Of a DNA stretch of 64,000 nucleotides, positions 62,857 through 64,000 are shown in pieces; positions within the stretch are counted from its first letter, which is position 1, and each line of letters starts with the position of its first letter. Location of the stretch: contig CAWGNQ010000006.1 of assembly GCA_963823995.1 (NCBI GenBank), forward strand, positions 503,685-567,684, read 5' to 3'. Made by a program: the position numbers and the translations under genes. Below the pieces are notes generated by a model, which did not search any database, was not told the DNA's origin, and saw only the letters and a list, made by a program, of their open reading frames with translations. Source of the DNA: an uncultured Acidobacteriota bacterium (GTDB taxonomy: Bacteria > Acidobacteriota > UBA6911 > RPQK01 > JAPXNP01).

Positions 62857-64000
62857 CGAGATCCTCCCGCTTCGTCCTGTGCCTGCATCGATCCTTCGTC
62901 GGAGCGGCGAGTCGGGAACCGCTTCGATTCGGGTCGAATCGGAGACGGACCCTCGAACGCCTTCTGGAGACTTCGGATACCTTCGAATGCGGCTTCCAGG
63001 TCGTCGACCATCCGCTCCAGGCTGAAATTCCGTCGGACCTCGTCCCGCCCGGCTCGGGCCAGCCGGTGGCATAGGCGAGGATCGTGGAGGATCCGGCGAA
63101 TCTGAGCTGCCAGTCCCTCCGGATCTCCCGCTCGGAAGGTCAAGCCGTTCTCGTTGTCCCGGAGGAGCTCGCCGGTCCCCCCGGTCGTCGTTCCGATGAC
63201 CATCAGTCCCGCCGCCATCGCCTCGAGCGCGACTCGGGCGAACGGCTCTTCCCATTCGGAAGGGAACAGCAGGACATCATAGCCCTCCAGGATCCCGGGT
63301 ATGGCGGCGCGATCGACCGAACCCCGGAATCGCACATGGCTCTGCAGTCCGTGACGGTAGACTTGTCTCTCAAGGCGGGCGAGATAGTCGCGATCACCAC
63401 TCCCGTAGAAGTCGATCGAAAAGCATTCGCCCCACTGCGTCAGGATGCGTGCCGATTCCACAGCTGTGTGAACACCCTTCTCATGAGCCATCCGGCCGAC
63501 GTAGACCAGGCGGATCCGATTGGCTCCGTCGACGCCGGGCACCTCCCGGTCCGTGCCGATCAGGTCGGTTCCACCATAGATAATGGTTCCGTGGGCGGCT
63601 CGAACGCCGAGGGAAATCAGTTGCTTCCGGACCGCCCTCGAAACGAAGAAGGGATGCGTCAAGGAGAGGGGGTATTCCTCGAAATCGTCCGTCATTCGAG
63701 CCAGCACCGAGTACAACAGACGCTTGGCCCATGCCGCATACCTGCGACGTGCCGGAGCCTGCAATTGTTGCCGGAAAGCACTGGGGAGTGAAGGCCAGTA
63801 GTCACAGAAGTAGTAGGCCACTCTGTCTTTCATCAGTCGTTCGATGAGTGCCGGGACAGCACGGTGGATGTTCCACATCCCCCATATCAGCACGACCTCC
63901 GGTGACGTCTGCTCGAGGATCCTTCGGGTCTGCTCCAGGTTTTCCGTGACCAGAGACTTCTGCCGAAGTATCCGCCCAATCGAAGAAGAAAGCCCGTTCG
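62853..64000 (-). CDS. GT4-family glycosyltransferase; 5-prime end beyond the window
   Basis: The reading frame stays open upstream of the listed GTG 63893 to the window edge (...LEQTRRILEQTSPEVVLIWGMWN...). The C-terminal domain FPSEWEEPFARVALEAMAAGLMVIGTTTGGTGELL is the GT4 EX7E motif. Confidence 0.7.
   Translation of the reverse strand, partial: NGLSSSIGRILRQKSLVTENLEQTRRILEQTSPEVVLIWGMWNIHRAVPALIERLMKDRVAYYFCDYWPSLPSAFRQQLQAPARRRYAAWAKRLLYSVLARMTDDFEEYPLSLTHPFFVSRAVRKQLISLGVRAAHGTIIYGGTDLIGTDREVPGVDGANRIRLVYVGRMAHEKGVHTAVESARILTQWGECFSIDFYGSGDRDYLARLERQVYRHGLQSHVRFRGSVDRAAIPGILEGYDVLLFPSEWEEPFARVALEAMAAGLMVIGTTTGGTGELLRDNENGLTFRAGDPEGLAAQIRRILHDPRLCHRLARAGRDEVRRNFSLERMVDDLEAAFEGIRSLQKAFEGPSPIRPESKRFPTRRSDEGSMQAQDEAGGSR

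Overview
This is a 64 kb high-GC bacterial chromosomal segment; GC content is estimated by eye at over 60% and was not computed. No rRNA, tRNA, CRISPR array, transposase or integrase was recognised by eye. An Acidobacteriota- or Planctomycetota-like soil organism is an inference only, not tested. The window breaks into seven blocks.

- **1–15.1 kb:** a dense block of secreted carbohydrate-active enzymes: a GH106-like hydrolase with a TAT signal, GH9, GH51, GH29, a GT-C-like membrane protein, a YVTN beta-propeller/phosphoesterase and a sulfatase. Several of these genes are split by single-nucleotide indels.
- **15.2–20.1 kb:** a low-GC VapBC toxin-antitoxin island with a clear sigma70-type promoter, an IlvD/EDD-family dehydratase and an orphan sensor kinase with an N-terminal 7TMR-DISM-type module.
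- **20.2–30.7 kb:** a TAT-secreted amidase_2 peptidoglycan amidase and a SAM methyltransferase. They are followed by the most interesting locus: a co-directional run of tightly coupled genes that looks like an undescribed small-molecule pathway. It contains a hydrolysing UDP-GlcNAc 2-epimerase, a DegT sugar aminotransferase, a KamA-family 2,3-aminomutase, a GNAT-HDAC fusion, a Ddl-like ATP-grasp ligase and an ATP-grasp-GNAT fusion.
- **30.9–32.8 kb:** a family-1 encapsulin shell gene with an encapsulated ferritin (EncFtn) cargo carrying a C-terminal targeting peptide, then an unusual 300 bp AT-rich spacer and a rhodanese gene.
- **33.1–43 kb:** a second CAZyme block (GH5 with CBM, GH2, GH127-like), interleaved with a TPR/Omp85-like outer-membrane protein, a C39-like peptidase and a small anchored protein.
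- **43–52 kb:** a Sfp-type PPTase, two tandem Wza-like exporters, a GHMP sugar kinase, a beta-helix/CBM6 protein and a GH5-like hydrolase.
- **52–64 kb:** an EPS/O-antigen-type locus with GT4, AsnB, GT2, the ABC exporter pair Wzm/Wzt (Wzt carries a carbohydrate-binding C-domain), a sulfotransferase, a CgeB-like GT, a GT1 and an SDR epimerase.

Non-coding signals worth noting are a 46-bp palindromic REP-like element present twice, a TTCCGAG heptamer tandem repeat present at three 3-prime ends, and a GTCCGT microsatellite. The largest listed ORF (1599 aa, minus strand) and several others are antisense artefacts of the GC-rich sequence.
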